Source: an uncultured Gammaproteobacteria bacterium (GTDB lineage Bacteria; Patescibacteriota; Patescibacteriia; SG8-24). From it: a stretch of DNA of 64,000 bases. The notes below the pieces were generated by a model. The model did not search any database and was not told the origin of the DNA. It saw only the letters and a list, made by a program, of their open reading frames with translations. The DNA lies in contig CAZAOV010000003.1 of NCBI GenBank assembly GCA_964486995.1, forward strand, positions 686-64,685, read 5' to 3'. Positions 46,276-54,664 of the stretch are shown here, in pieces (position 1 is the stretch's first letter; every line of letters starts with the position of its first letter). Made by a program: the position numbers and the translations under genes.

Positions 46276-46977
46276 ATGAGCGACTCACCAGAAAAAAGAA
46301 AGCTGCGCATACTGAAGGCTGTGGTGCGCGAGTATTTGGAGACGGCCGAACCAGTCAGCTCTGGAGCTTTAGTTTCTAAATACGACTTGGGAGTTTCGCC
46401 GGCGACGGTTCGTAATGATATGGTCGAGCTGACCGAACGCGGATTACTGGAACAGCCGCACACTTCGGCTGGACGTCGGCCGACCGAAGCTGGGTATCGG
46501 CTGTATGTGCAGGAGTTCGTCGGCGACGGCATTCGAATTATGGAAGACGTGATTTGTCAGGTGCAGTTCATGGCTGCGGAACTGGCTCGCCAGCGCAAAG
46601 CCGCAGCGCAGCATTTTGCACGCTATGTGTCCGAGCTTACCGGCGAGACCGCGTTCGTCAGTTATAACGATGCGGTGTTTATGACTGGTGTCAGCAACCT
46701 CTTCCGCAAGCCGGAGTTCCGCACGCTCGAATTAATGCAGGACTTCTCGGTCATGTTCGACCAGATTGATGACTTGGTGCGTGACGTGCGGCCGCGAATG
46801 AACGCCGATATTGCTATTTATATCGGTCGGGAAAACCCTTTCTGTCCACGGCTATCGTCGGTGCTGACCAGTTGGGATCGGGGTGAGGGTCTAATTGGCA
46901 TCATCGGTCCGACTCGTATGGACTATGAATTAAACGTTGGCGTCATGCGTCAGGTGCATGAGGCTTTGGAGACATAA
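46276..46977 (+). CDS. hrcA: Heat-inducible transcription repressor HrcA
   Basis: RKLRILKAVVREYLETAEPVSSGALVSKYDLGVSPATVRNDMVELTERGLLEQPHTSAGRRPTEAGYRLYV is the HrcA N-terminal wHTH. It precedes grpE-dnaK-dnaJ. Confidence 0.9.
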   Translation: MSDSPEKRKLRILKAVVREYLETAEPVSSGALVSKYDLGVSPATVRNDMVELTERGLLEQPHTSAGRRPTEAGYRLYVQEFVGDGIRIMEDVICQVQFMAAELARQRKAAAQHFARYVSELTGETAFVSYNDAVFMTGVSNLFRKPEFRTLELMQDFSVMFDQIDDLVRDVRPRMNADIAIYIGRENPFCPRLSSVLTSWDRGEGLIGIIGPTRMDYELNVGVMRQVHEALET

Positions 46978-46989
46978 CTACTTATATAT

Positions 46990-47529
46990 ATGGACGAGGA
47001 GAATAACAAAAAAGATTCGAGCACTGATGGATCGAGTGAAGGAGTGAAGGAGAAAAAGAGTGAAGGAGATGGGTGTCAGTGCGAGCAGATGACCGAGGTG
47101 AAGATTGTGGAGGAGAACCTCGATTACAAAGACGCTCATGCGCGCGCGGTGGCCGACTACGATAATTTGAAGAAAGAAACCGCTCGGTTGCGTAGCGAAT
47201 ATGCGCGGTATGCGGCTTGTGAGGTGGTCGAACAGATGCTGCCGGTGCTGGATAATCTGAATAAGGCACTCGAGCAGGCTCCGGAAGAATGCGCCCGATG
47301 GGTGGACGGCATCAAGCTCATTCGTGAGCAGTTTCAGAAAGTGATGGAGGCAGCAGGCGTTCAACCGCTTGGCGCGGAAGGCGAGGAGTTCGATCCCGTC
47401 ATTCACGAGGCGCTCATGCGTGAGGAACGTGAGGGCATCAAATCAGACACCGTAGTCCAGGTCATCGAACCCGGCTACAAAATGCACGATAAAACATTAA
47501 GACCCGCCAAGGTAATAGTGGCGGAATAG
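46990..47529 (+). CDS. grpE: Nucleotide exchange factor GrpE
   Basis: DNLKKETARLRSEYARYAA..VVEQMLPVLDNLNKAL...FDPVIHEALMRE...VVQVIEPGYKMHDKTLRPAKVIVA matches GrpE. Confidence 0.85.
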   Translation: MDEENNKKDSSTDGSSEGVKEKKSEGDGCQCEQMTEVKIVEENLDYKDAHARAVADYDNLKKETARLRSEYARYAACEVVEQMLPVLDNLNKALEQAPEECARWVDGIKLIREQFQKVMEAAGVQPLGAEGEEFDPVIHEALMREEREGIKSDTVVQVIEPGYKMHDKTLRPAKVIVAE

Positions 47530-47662
47530 AATAATCATCAATGCTGTCGTCCTGAGCGAAGCGCCAGGATCCCGTTGATTCAAGGTGAGCGTTCATCTTG
47601 CTGTCACGGGATCGTCAGCTACGCTCGCGATGACATATAGAAATGAACGAACAATTAATGAT

Positions 47663-49576
47663 ATGCCAAAGATATTAGGAATCGACCTAGGAACAACCAA
47701 CTCATGCATGGCCGTCATCGAAGGTGGCCAGCCCAAGGTCGTTGAAAATAAAGAGGGTAATCGCACCACCCCGTCAGTGGTCGCGGTGACCAAAACCGGT
47801 GAGCGTCTAGTGGGCCAGATGGCCAAGCGACAGGCGGTCGTTAATCCGCATAACACCCTGTATTCGGTGAAGCGGTTCATTGGTCGTCGTTGGGAGGATA
47901 GTGAAGTGCAGGAGGAAAACGGCATGTTGCCGTTCGAGCTGGTCAAAGCCGGTGACGGCATAAAGGTGAAGATGGCGGACAAGGAATACACTCCGCAGGA
48001 GATTTCCGCCATGGTTCTGCAGAAGATGAAGGCTGATGCCGAGGAGAAACTCGGCGAGACAATCACCGAAGCGGTCATCACCGTTCCGGCGTATTTCGAT
48101 GACGCTCAGCGTCAAGCCACCAAGAACGCGGGTGAGATTGCGGGCCTGACCGTGAAGCGTATCATCAACGAACCTACGGCCGCCGCGCTCGCTTACGGTT
48201 TCGATAAAAAGCAGGGCAAGATTGTGGTGTACGACTTGGGTGGCGGCACGTTCGACGTATCCGTGCTGGACGTTGCCGAGGACACCGTGGAGGTGATGGC
48301 CACCAACGGCGATACCCATTTGGGCGGCGACGATTTCGATCAGAAACTGATTGCCTGGATTATCGGTGAGTTCAAGAAAGCCGAGGGAATCGATCTCTCC
48401 AAGGACACTCTGGCGTTACAGCGCATCAAGGAGTCGGCCGAGAAAGCGAAGATTGAGCTGTCGACCGCACAGCAGACCGAAATCAACCAGCCGTTCATCA
48501 CTTCCGACGAGAACGGCCCGAAGCACCTGGTACTCAATATGACCCGCGCCAAGCTCGAGGAGCTGGTGGGGGATTTGGTGACCAAGACCCTAGAGCCGTG
48601 CAAGAAGGCGTTGGCCGATGCCGGTATCGACAAGGGCGCCATCAACGAGGTGGTCATGGTCGGTGGTATGACCCGCATGCCTCTAGTGCTGAAGATCGTC
48701 GAGGAGTTTTTCGGCAAGAAGCCGAACGTTTCCGTGAATCCGGACGAGGTGGTCGCCATGGGTGCGGCGGTTCAGGCCGGTGTGCTGCAGGGCGACGTGA
48801 AGGACGTGCTGTTGCTGGACGTCACTCCGCTGTCACTCGGTATCGAAACTCTGGGCGGCGTGATGACGAAACTTATTGACCGCAACACTACCATCCCGAC
48901 CTCTAAGACCCAGACTTTCTCCACTGCCGCCGACAATCAGGCGTCGGTCGAGATTCATGTTTTGCAGGGAGAGCGCGAGTTCTCTAAGGACAACAAGACT
49001 TTAGGGCGATTCATCTTGGATGGCATTCCGCCGTCACCGCGCGGCATTCCGCAGATCGAGGTAGCGTTTGATATTGACGCCAATGGCATTCTGTCGGTGA
49101 GCGCCAAGGACAAGGCTTCCGGCAAGGAGCAGAAGATTACCATTACCGCCTCGACCGGCCTGTCCGAGGAAGAAATTGAAAAGATGAAGAAAGACGCCGA
49201 AGCGCACGCCGAAGAGGACAAGAAGAAGAAAGAAATGGTCGAGCTCAAGAACAACGCCGAGAGCATGGTGTATACCACCGAGAAGATGCTCAAGGATTAT
49301 GCCGACAAGGTTGATGAAGAGAAGCTGAAGCCAGTGAAGGAAAAGCTCGAAGCGCTGAAGGCCGTCAAAGACAGCGAAGACGCCGAAGCCATCAAGAAAG
49401 CCGCCGACGAACTCGGCGAGGCCGCCCAAGTTATCGGTACTGAGATGTACCAGAAGGAGCAGGAAGCCGCGGCCGCCGCCGGTGGCGCCGACGCCAAACA
49501 AGAACAACCCGCCGACGGTGAAGCCAAAAAAGACGACGGCCCGATTGATGCGGAGTTTGAGGAGAAGAAAGATTAA
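47663..49576 (+). CDS. dnaK: Molecular chaperone DnaK (Hsp70)
   Basis: [40 protein letters not shown]. The track ORF begins 78 nt upstream in a structured leader; the conserved N-terminus fixes the start at 47663. Confidence 0.95.
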   Translation: MPKILGIDLGTTNSCMAVIEGGQPKVVENKEGNRTTPSVVAVTKTGERLVGQMAKRQAVVNPHNTLYSVKRFIGRRWEDSEVQEENGMLPFELVKAGDGIKVKMADKEYTPQEISAMVLQKMKADAEEKLGETITEAVITVPAYFDDAQRQATKNAGEIAGLTVKRIINEPTAAALAYGFDKKQGKIVVYDLGGGTFDVSVLDVAEDTVEVMATNGDTHLGGDDFDQKLIAWIIGEFKKAEGIDLSKDTLALQRIKESAEKAKIELSTAQQTEINQPFITSDENGPKHLVLNMTRAKLEELVGDLVTKTLEPCKKALADAGIDKGAINEVVMVGGMTRMPLVLKIVEEFFGKKPNVSVNPDEVVAMGAAVQAGVLQGDVKDVLLLDVTPLSLGIETLGGVMTKLIDRNTTIPTSKTQTFSTAADNQASVEIHVLQGEREFSKDNKTLGRFILDGIPPSPRGIPQIEVAFDIDANGILSVSAKDKASGKEQKITITASTGLSEEEIEKMKKDAEAHAEEDKKKKEMVELKNNAESMVYTTEKMLKDYADKVDEEKLKPVKEKLEALKAVKDSEDAEAIKKAADELGEAAQVIGTEMYQKEQEAAAAAGGADAKQEQPADGEAKKDDGPIDAEFEEKKD

Positions 49577-49594
49577 ACTTTAATTGAGAAGATC

Positions 49595-49891
49595 ATGCAA
49601 TCTCAACAACAGAACCAAAAACAACTCCAACTAAAAGCCGACGACGCAACCCTCAAAGGCGTGTACACCAACAACATGCAGGTTGCACACACCAAGGAGG
49701 AGTTCATCGTTGACTTCATGAACATGTTCCCGCCGGTGGCGACGCTGAACGCGCGGGTCATCGTGTCGCCCGGACACATGAAGCGCATGCTCGCCGCGCT
49801 TGCCGAGAACGTCAAGCGCTACGAAGAAACCCATGGCGTCATCGAAGCGGCCAACGCCCCGGAGAACGAGATGGGTTTCAAGACTGCGTAG
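49595..49891 (+). CDS. DUF3467 family protein, inserted between dnaK and dnaJ
   Basis: LKGVYTNNMQVAHTKEEFIVDFMNMFPP matches the DUF3467 core (YAN...V.HT.EEF.LDF). 98 aa. Confidence 0.55.
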   Translation: MQSQQQNQKQLQLKADDATLKGVYTNNMQVAHTKEEFIVDFMNMFPPVATLNARVIVSPGHMKRMLAALAENVKRYEETHGVIEAANAPENEMGFKTA

Positions 49892-50035
49892 TTGTTTGAC
49901 ATTTCTGTGACCAAAAGGTAAGTCGTGACCGTAATTAATCTCCCGTGTCATTTCTGCGAAGGCAAGAATGATACGGGGAAGGCAGGTGTAACAGAGAGGG
50001 CAATACATAAAAAGCAAGGAACTAATTAGTGATAG

Positions 50036-51115
50036 ATGGCAGGAGACTACTACGACCTACTAGGAATCCAAAAAAACGCCTCACAAGACGAAGTGAAGCG
50101 TGCTTTTCGTAAACTCGCCAAGGAATATCATCCGGATCGTGGCGGAGACGAGAAGAAGTTCAAGGAAATCAACACGGCCTATCAGACACTGGGCGACGAA
50201 AAGAAGCGCGCTCAATACGACCAGTTTGGTCATTCCGCCTACGAACAGATGGGCGGCATGGGCGGAGGCCCGCAAGGTAATCCGTTCGGCGGCGGTTTCG
50301 GCGGCGCGCAAGGCTTCAACATCAACATGGAAGACTTGGGTGACCTGTTTGGTTCCGCGTTCGGCGGGGCGTTCGGCGGCGGCGGTCGATCGCGCGGCCC
50401 CAAACGCGGACGTCATATCGAAATGGACATCCCGCTCACGTTCGAAGAAGCCGCGTTCGGCGTGGAGAAAAAAATCAATCCATACAAAACCGTCACCTGC
50501 GACGATTGCGAAGGAACCGGGGCCGAGAAAGGCACCAAAATGAATACCTGCACCAACTGCGACGGAGCCGGCCAAGTCAAAACAGTACAGAACACCATTC
50601 TTGGGAGCTTTCAAGCCGTTCGGCCCTGCACCCGCTGCAGCGGTGAGGGCAAGACCCCAGAAAAACTCTGCTCAACCTGCGGCGGTGCCGGCGTCATCAA
50701 GAAAGCCAAAGAAATCGAAGTAAAAATTCCAGCTGGCATCAACGACGGCGAGGTGTTGCGCGTGGGCGGTGAAGGCGAAGCGGTCAAAGGCGGGCGTGCC
50801 GGTGACCTGTATCTCACCATGCACCTAAAGCCACACAATAAATTCGAACGCGACGGTTTTAACGTGTACGCAGAAGAAGAAATTTCTTTTGCCCAAGCCG
50901 CTCTTGGCGACAAAGTAGAAACCGACACTCTAGATGGCAAGGTAGATTTAAAAATCCCAGCCGGCGTCCAACCGGAAACCGTGCTCAGACTCAAGGGTAA
51001 AGGTGTGCCGTTCCTCAAGGGGTCTGGCCGCGGTGATCACTACGTTACTATCAAAGTGAAAGTCCCCGCCAAACTCTCGCGCAAGCAAAAGAAGATTCTC
51101 GAGGAATGGGATTAA
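50036..51115 (+). CDS. dnaJ: Molecular chaperone DnaJ
   Basis: J-domain DYYDLLGIQKNASQDEVKRAFRKLAKEYHPDRGG. Gly/Phe-rich linker. Four CxxCxGxG zinc-finger repeats. Confidence 0.9.
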   Translation: MAGDYYDLLGIQKNASQDEVKRAFRKLAKEYHPDRGGDEKKFKEINTAYQTLGDEKKRAQYDQFGHSAYEQMGGMGGGPQGNPFGGGFGGAQGFNINMEDLGDLFGSAFGGAFGGGGRSRGPKRGRHIEMDIPLTFEEAAFGVEKKINPYKTVTCDDCEGTGAEKGTKMNTCTNCDGAGQVKTVQNTILGSFQAVRPCTRCSGEGKTPEKLCSTCGGAGVIKKAKEIEVKIPAGINDGEVLRVGGEGEAVKGGRAGDLYLTMHLKPHNKFERDGFNVYAEEEISFAQAALGDKVETDTLDGKVDLKIPAGVQPETVLRLKGKGVPFLKGSGRGDHYVTIKVKVPAKLSRKQKKILEEWD

Positions 51116-51132
51116 CAATCACGCGCTCGAGA

Positions 51133-51200
51133 AAAAACCGTCAGACTTGTTTTATGGGAGAGGCGTAGCCGATGCCTTAAAACAAGTCTGACGGTTTTTT
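51133..51200. repeat. Palindromic repeat element, copy 2: arms AAAAACCGTCAGACTTGTTTTA / TAAAACAAGTCTGACGGTTTTT around a variable 22-nt centre. Likely acts here as the terminator of the dnaK operon.
   Basis: Same 22-bp arms as the element at 6838-6904 (1 mismatch). The central loop differs. Flanked by A-run/T-run. Confidence 0.7.
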
Positions 51201-51311
51201 AGAAGGAACCAAAAAATCCTTATTGTGGATATCCGCACGACACTACCCGCATCCCATGCTATACTAACAACGATTAAGGAGGAATAATGCGACATTGTCG
51301 CTAATTGGGCG

Positions 51312-51908
51312 ATGCCCATACTATTAGTTGCAACAGTATCAGCCGATTCAGCTGGCAGCGGTCTAGCAAAGGCCGCCGGCAGTCTTATTGGTTATGTACA
51401 AGCTCAGTTCATGTCTGTTAATTGGGCCTCGCCAACTTGGGACTTATTCATCGTGATGTTCTTCATACTGACCGTTTTCCTATACGGCATGTCACTCGGT
51501 CGCGATCGTATCATTGTGATTTTGGTTTCTATCTATATGGCCATGGCTGTGGTGTCGAACGCACCCATAATCGGCGGCGCCAATCCCAATCATGACGTGC
51601 AGTTCGGCAATATTTTCGCCATGAAAGTATCAGCCTTCCTAGGACTGTTTATTCTGCTGTTCTTTCTGTTGTCACGCTCCGCACTAATGAAAACTTTTGG
51701 CAACATGGCGGCCGGAAAATGGTGGCAAGTTCTGGCGTTTTCGATTTTTCATGTTGGTTTATTGATTAGCATCACGCTGTCTTTTTTGCCGGCCGAGGCG
51801 GTTGGGCAGTTGGCTCCCATCACTCGAAACTTGTTCGCCTCGGATATCGCAAAGTTCGTGTGGGTGGTAGCGCCGATAACCGGCATGATTTTTTTGAAGG
51901 GTGATTGA
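51312..51908 (+). CDS. Hypothetical integral membrane protein
   Basis: Five hydrophobic segments. Terminator agagc-gtcag-gctct+TTTTGTTT at 51944-51968. Confidence 0.45.
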   Translation: MPILLVATVSADSAGSGLAKAAGSLIGYVQAQFMSVNWASPTWDLFIVMFFILTVFLYGMSLGRDRIIVILVSIYMAMAVVSNAPIIGGANPNHDVQFGNIFAMKVSAFLGLFILLFFLLSRSALMKTFGNMAAGKWWQVLAFSIFHVGLLISITLSFLPAEAVGQLAPITRNLFASDIAKFVWVVAPITGMIFLKGD

Positions 51909-52095
51909 GCTGATCGCATTAAATTTAGTGTAATAATTTTACAAGAGCGTCAGGCTCTTTTTGTTTGTATTCAAATCTTGCGGCGTTAGCCCGGGGGTTG
52001 TAAATTTTGTTGATTAACAAAAGATGACAGGTAAGCATGTACGAAAATCACTAAACAAAAATCACCTCGTTGCCGAGGTGATTTTTTATCCAATG

Positions 52096-52818
52096 CTATT
52101 CCGCAGTATCCGGTTCCGGAATCTCATCTACCGGTTGAATATCATCCGGCGGTGGCTCTGGCAGCGGAATGTCACCTGGTGGCGTCGGAGGATTAAATGG
52201 CGCGTCCTCTATCCCTATTTCAGCTGACAGCGATATTTCGGTTGCGTCAAACGAGCTGTTTTCTCGGATATTGACATCCGTTGTGACATTCACAGTCGAG
52301 CCTATTTTCAGGTCTGATAATGACAGCTCTTCTTCCTCGAAGATTTCAGGTGGCTCCGGTGGCGTGCCGTCACTTTCCGGATCGAAGTTCGAAATAGCTT
52401 CATCGAATGCTCGAAAAGCTGCGTTTAACTCTTCCGGATCCTTCGGTGTCTGTTGAACAATCGTGACATCAGACGGGATACTGACACGAAAAGTTCTGGC
52501 GTCCTCAATCGGTGACAAGGCGGCGCTGATTTCGATATAGCCAGATCCGACTTCCGTAATCTCGCCCTCAACGTAATAAACAGTTGAATTAGGATCGAAC
52601 TCCGGCGGCAGGTATCCGGAATTCAGTAGGCGCTGTAAGACCTCGGAGTCTGAACAGTCCGCGCCCCCAGAAATAATGTTTTTTCCAGGGAGTACGCCCT
52701 TTCCGCTACCGACCGTATAGCCAATCAGGAACGATGCGGCAATCAGTATTACCCCAATTAATATCGCCAACACCAGCGTCATCTTACCGCGTGGCGGGCT
52801 TGTTGTGTCTCCATTCAT
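52096..52818 (-). CDS. Hypothetical membrane-anchored acidic Pro/Glu/Asp-rich protein
   Basis: N-terminal TM (LVLAILIGVILIAASFLIGY). C-terminal PEPP/PPTPP low-complexity region. Bidirectional terminator aaatcacctcg-ttgc-cgaggtgattt at 52058-52090. Confidence 0.5.
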   Translation of the reverse strand: MNGDTTSPPRGKMTLVLAILIGVILIAASFLIGYTVGSGKGVLPGKNIISGGADCSDSEVLQRLLNSGYLPPEFDPNSTVYYVEGEITEVGSGYIEISAALSPIEDARTFRVSIPSDVTIVQQTPKDPEELNAAFRAFDEAISNFDPESDGTPPEPPEIFEEEELSLSDLKIGSTVNVTTDVNIRENSSFDATEISLSAEIGIEDAPFNPPTPPGDIPLPEPPPDDIQPVDEIPEPDTAE

Positions 52819-52954
52819 ATAATTTTTTAAAGAATGTTTTAGTTGATTCTATTACATTATAATCCCTTATCGTATGGTTAGTCATTGGTCGTTGTGGATA
52901 AGGAATAATATAAGAAGACAAAATGTGGTAAAATCGAGACAGATTCATTCGATT

Positions 52955-54334
52955 ATGCCAGCAAAGAAAAAGGCATCGAGTAAGCCAGCCACGAAGCGAG
53001 CCGTCAAGAAATCGATTACAGCTCGTTCCGCCAAAGTCGCGCCCAAGAAACGGGCGACGCCTTCTTCTGGTGCCTCAAAGAAGAAAATGACGAGTAAAGC
53101 CAAGACAAGAAAAACCGCGGCCCAGAAGACGGCCAAGAATACAACCACGAAAAAAATCACCAAGAAAACTGCTGAGGTGAAGACCGCTACTGTACCGGTT
53201 AAACATAAACCTCGATACGAGTATGCGCTGGCGTTTATTTTGACGCTCAGCGCAATTTTGTTGATTGGCTATACGGCTCGGATAGTAACCGCCGCGGAAT
53301 TCGCAGAACCGCCAGGCGGTCCGTCTGAAGGCAATATTCCGGTTACGGTTTGGAATCGTGACGCTACGGTCATTGGCAGTGAGGGTGGTATTTGGCCAGA
53401 GAAGCAACAGGACACTTCTATTAACATCGACGGACAAATATATTTTGGCGATGTATCGCTTCAGCTGGCCAATGATGGGGTGCCTCAATACGGACTGTAT
53501 GGACAGATTCATTACTACGATGGTTTGACCGGCATTACTTACATGGGCTCGGAAGATTATTTTATCAAGATGGATGCGACTCATACTAATTATCCTGGGG
53601 CTGGAGACACTAGCAACTACTCACGTTTTTACGTCAACCGTGGCGGGACGCTATATGGTGCCGGCGGCGGTTCCATCGGTAGTTATTTTGTGGTTGGTAG
53701 CTCCAACAAACAAATGCTTGAAAACGGTTCTTCGACTTATATCTATCAAGGCCTAGCCAGATTTGATGAGACAAGTCCCGGCGGAGACTATTATGCCGAC
53801 CCGGACTTAGACTATTTTTTGTGGATGAAGTCGTATGACTATACCGGTAGTCCGGATGTGGGTTATACTGACCGATTTACCGTAGATGTAACCGGAGACG
53901 TTTGGGCCAGCGAAGACATCAAAGCCGACGGCTGCTTCGGTCCAAGTTTTATCGGTCTAACCGTCACCGGCGGACAGGGCGGTGGCGTGTTTCGTCCTCA
54001 AGATGTAGCTGGGTATTACGGGGGCAACAATCGTTGCCAAGTTGATTATCCCGATTACGAAGGCACACATGTTTGTCAGATTTCAGAGCTGCTCGAAAGC
54101 ATCAAGTGTTCCGAACCCGGTGACGCATTTCGTAGCGTACTTGATGGGACTCGAGCTTGGGTAAACGGCGGTCCCCCAGGACATATTTCTAATTACAACG
54201 ATTGTGAAGGCTGGTCCAGTTCGTCCGCGGACAGCTATGCTCGCTATTGGATTTTTGACACGATTACCGGCGGGCGCGGAACAGGGGTTTCTTGTAATAC
54301 CGTAAACGGACTCCAGTTCGCCTGCTGTTACTAG
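52955..54334 (+). CDS. Hypothetical membrane protein with Lys-rich (histone H1-like) cytoplasmic N-terminal tail, one TM helix, and a Gly/Tyr/Asp-rich extracellular domain with a C-terminal Cys cluster
   Basis: MPAKKKASSKPATKRAVKK...KKITKKTAEVK, then the TM helix ALAFILTLSAILLIGY. The track ORF starts at 52874; MPAKKK at 52955 is preferred. Confidence 0.5.
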   Translation: MPAKKKASSKPATKRAVKKSITARSAKVAPKKRATPSSGASKKKMTSKAKTRKTAAQKTAKNTTTKKITKKTAEVKTATVPVKHKPRYEYALAFILTLSAILLIGYTARIVTAAEFAEPPGGPSEGNIPVTVWNRDATVIGSEGGIWPEKQQDTSINIDGQIYFGDVSLQLANDGVPQYGLYGQIHYYDGLTGITYMGSEDYFIKMDATHTNYPGAGDTSNYSRFYVNRGGTLYGAGGGSIGSYFVVGSSNKQMLENGSSTYIYQGLARFDETSPGGDYYADPDLDYFLWMKSYDYTGSPDVGYTDRFTVDVTGDVWASEDIKADGCFGPSFIGLTVTGGQGGGVFRPQDVAGYYGGNNRCQVDYPDYEGTHVCQISELLESIKCSEPGDAFRSVLDGTRAWVNGGPPGHISNYNDCEGWSSSSADSYARYWIFDTITGGRGTGVSCNTVNGLQFACCY

Positions 54335-54584
54335 TCACCAAACCAAAAACAAAATAAAAACAGCTCCGTCTTAGCGGCGCTGAATTTATTTTAGGTTATG
54401 TGATTGATAAAGGTTCACAACTCATAGATTTGAGCGAGCATTTGGCATGTCAGAATATAGATTTTTACCTAAAAATGAAAGATAAACCGTCAGAAATCCC
54501 TGCGGTTCATTTTAAGTTTTGAAACAAAATAGTTATTCACGTGTTAAGACAGCATTTTTTCAATATAATTAAGGCTAGGAAACC

Positions 54585-54604
54585 TGTGGATAATTTGATA
54601 TAAT
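54585..54604 (+). promoter_or_regulatory. DnaA box (TGTGGATAA) immediately upstream of an extended -10 promoter element (TGATATAAT), about 60 nt before the 2573-aa surface-protein gene
   Basis: A perfect 9-mer match to the reverse complement of TTATCCACA at 54585-54593. TG-n-TATAAT at 54596-54604. Confidence 0.4.
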
Positions 54605-54664
54605 ATAAAGGTAGATAAGTTGCTAGATGTGACCGGCATTTAGCACAGTTTAACCCCCGCAACC

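Noticed and set aside
47593-49527. Multiple ORFs overlapping dnaK on both strands (162, 170, 139, 157, 112 aa)
   Set aside because: They are embedded in a highly conserved Hsp70 coding sequence. They are low-complexity and lack starts with RBS. Spurious.
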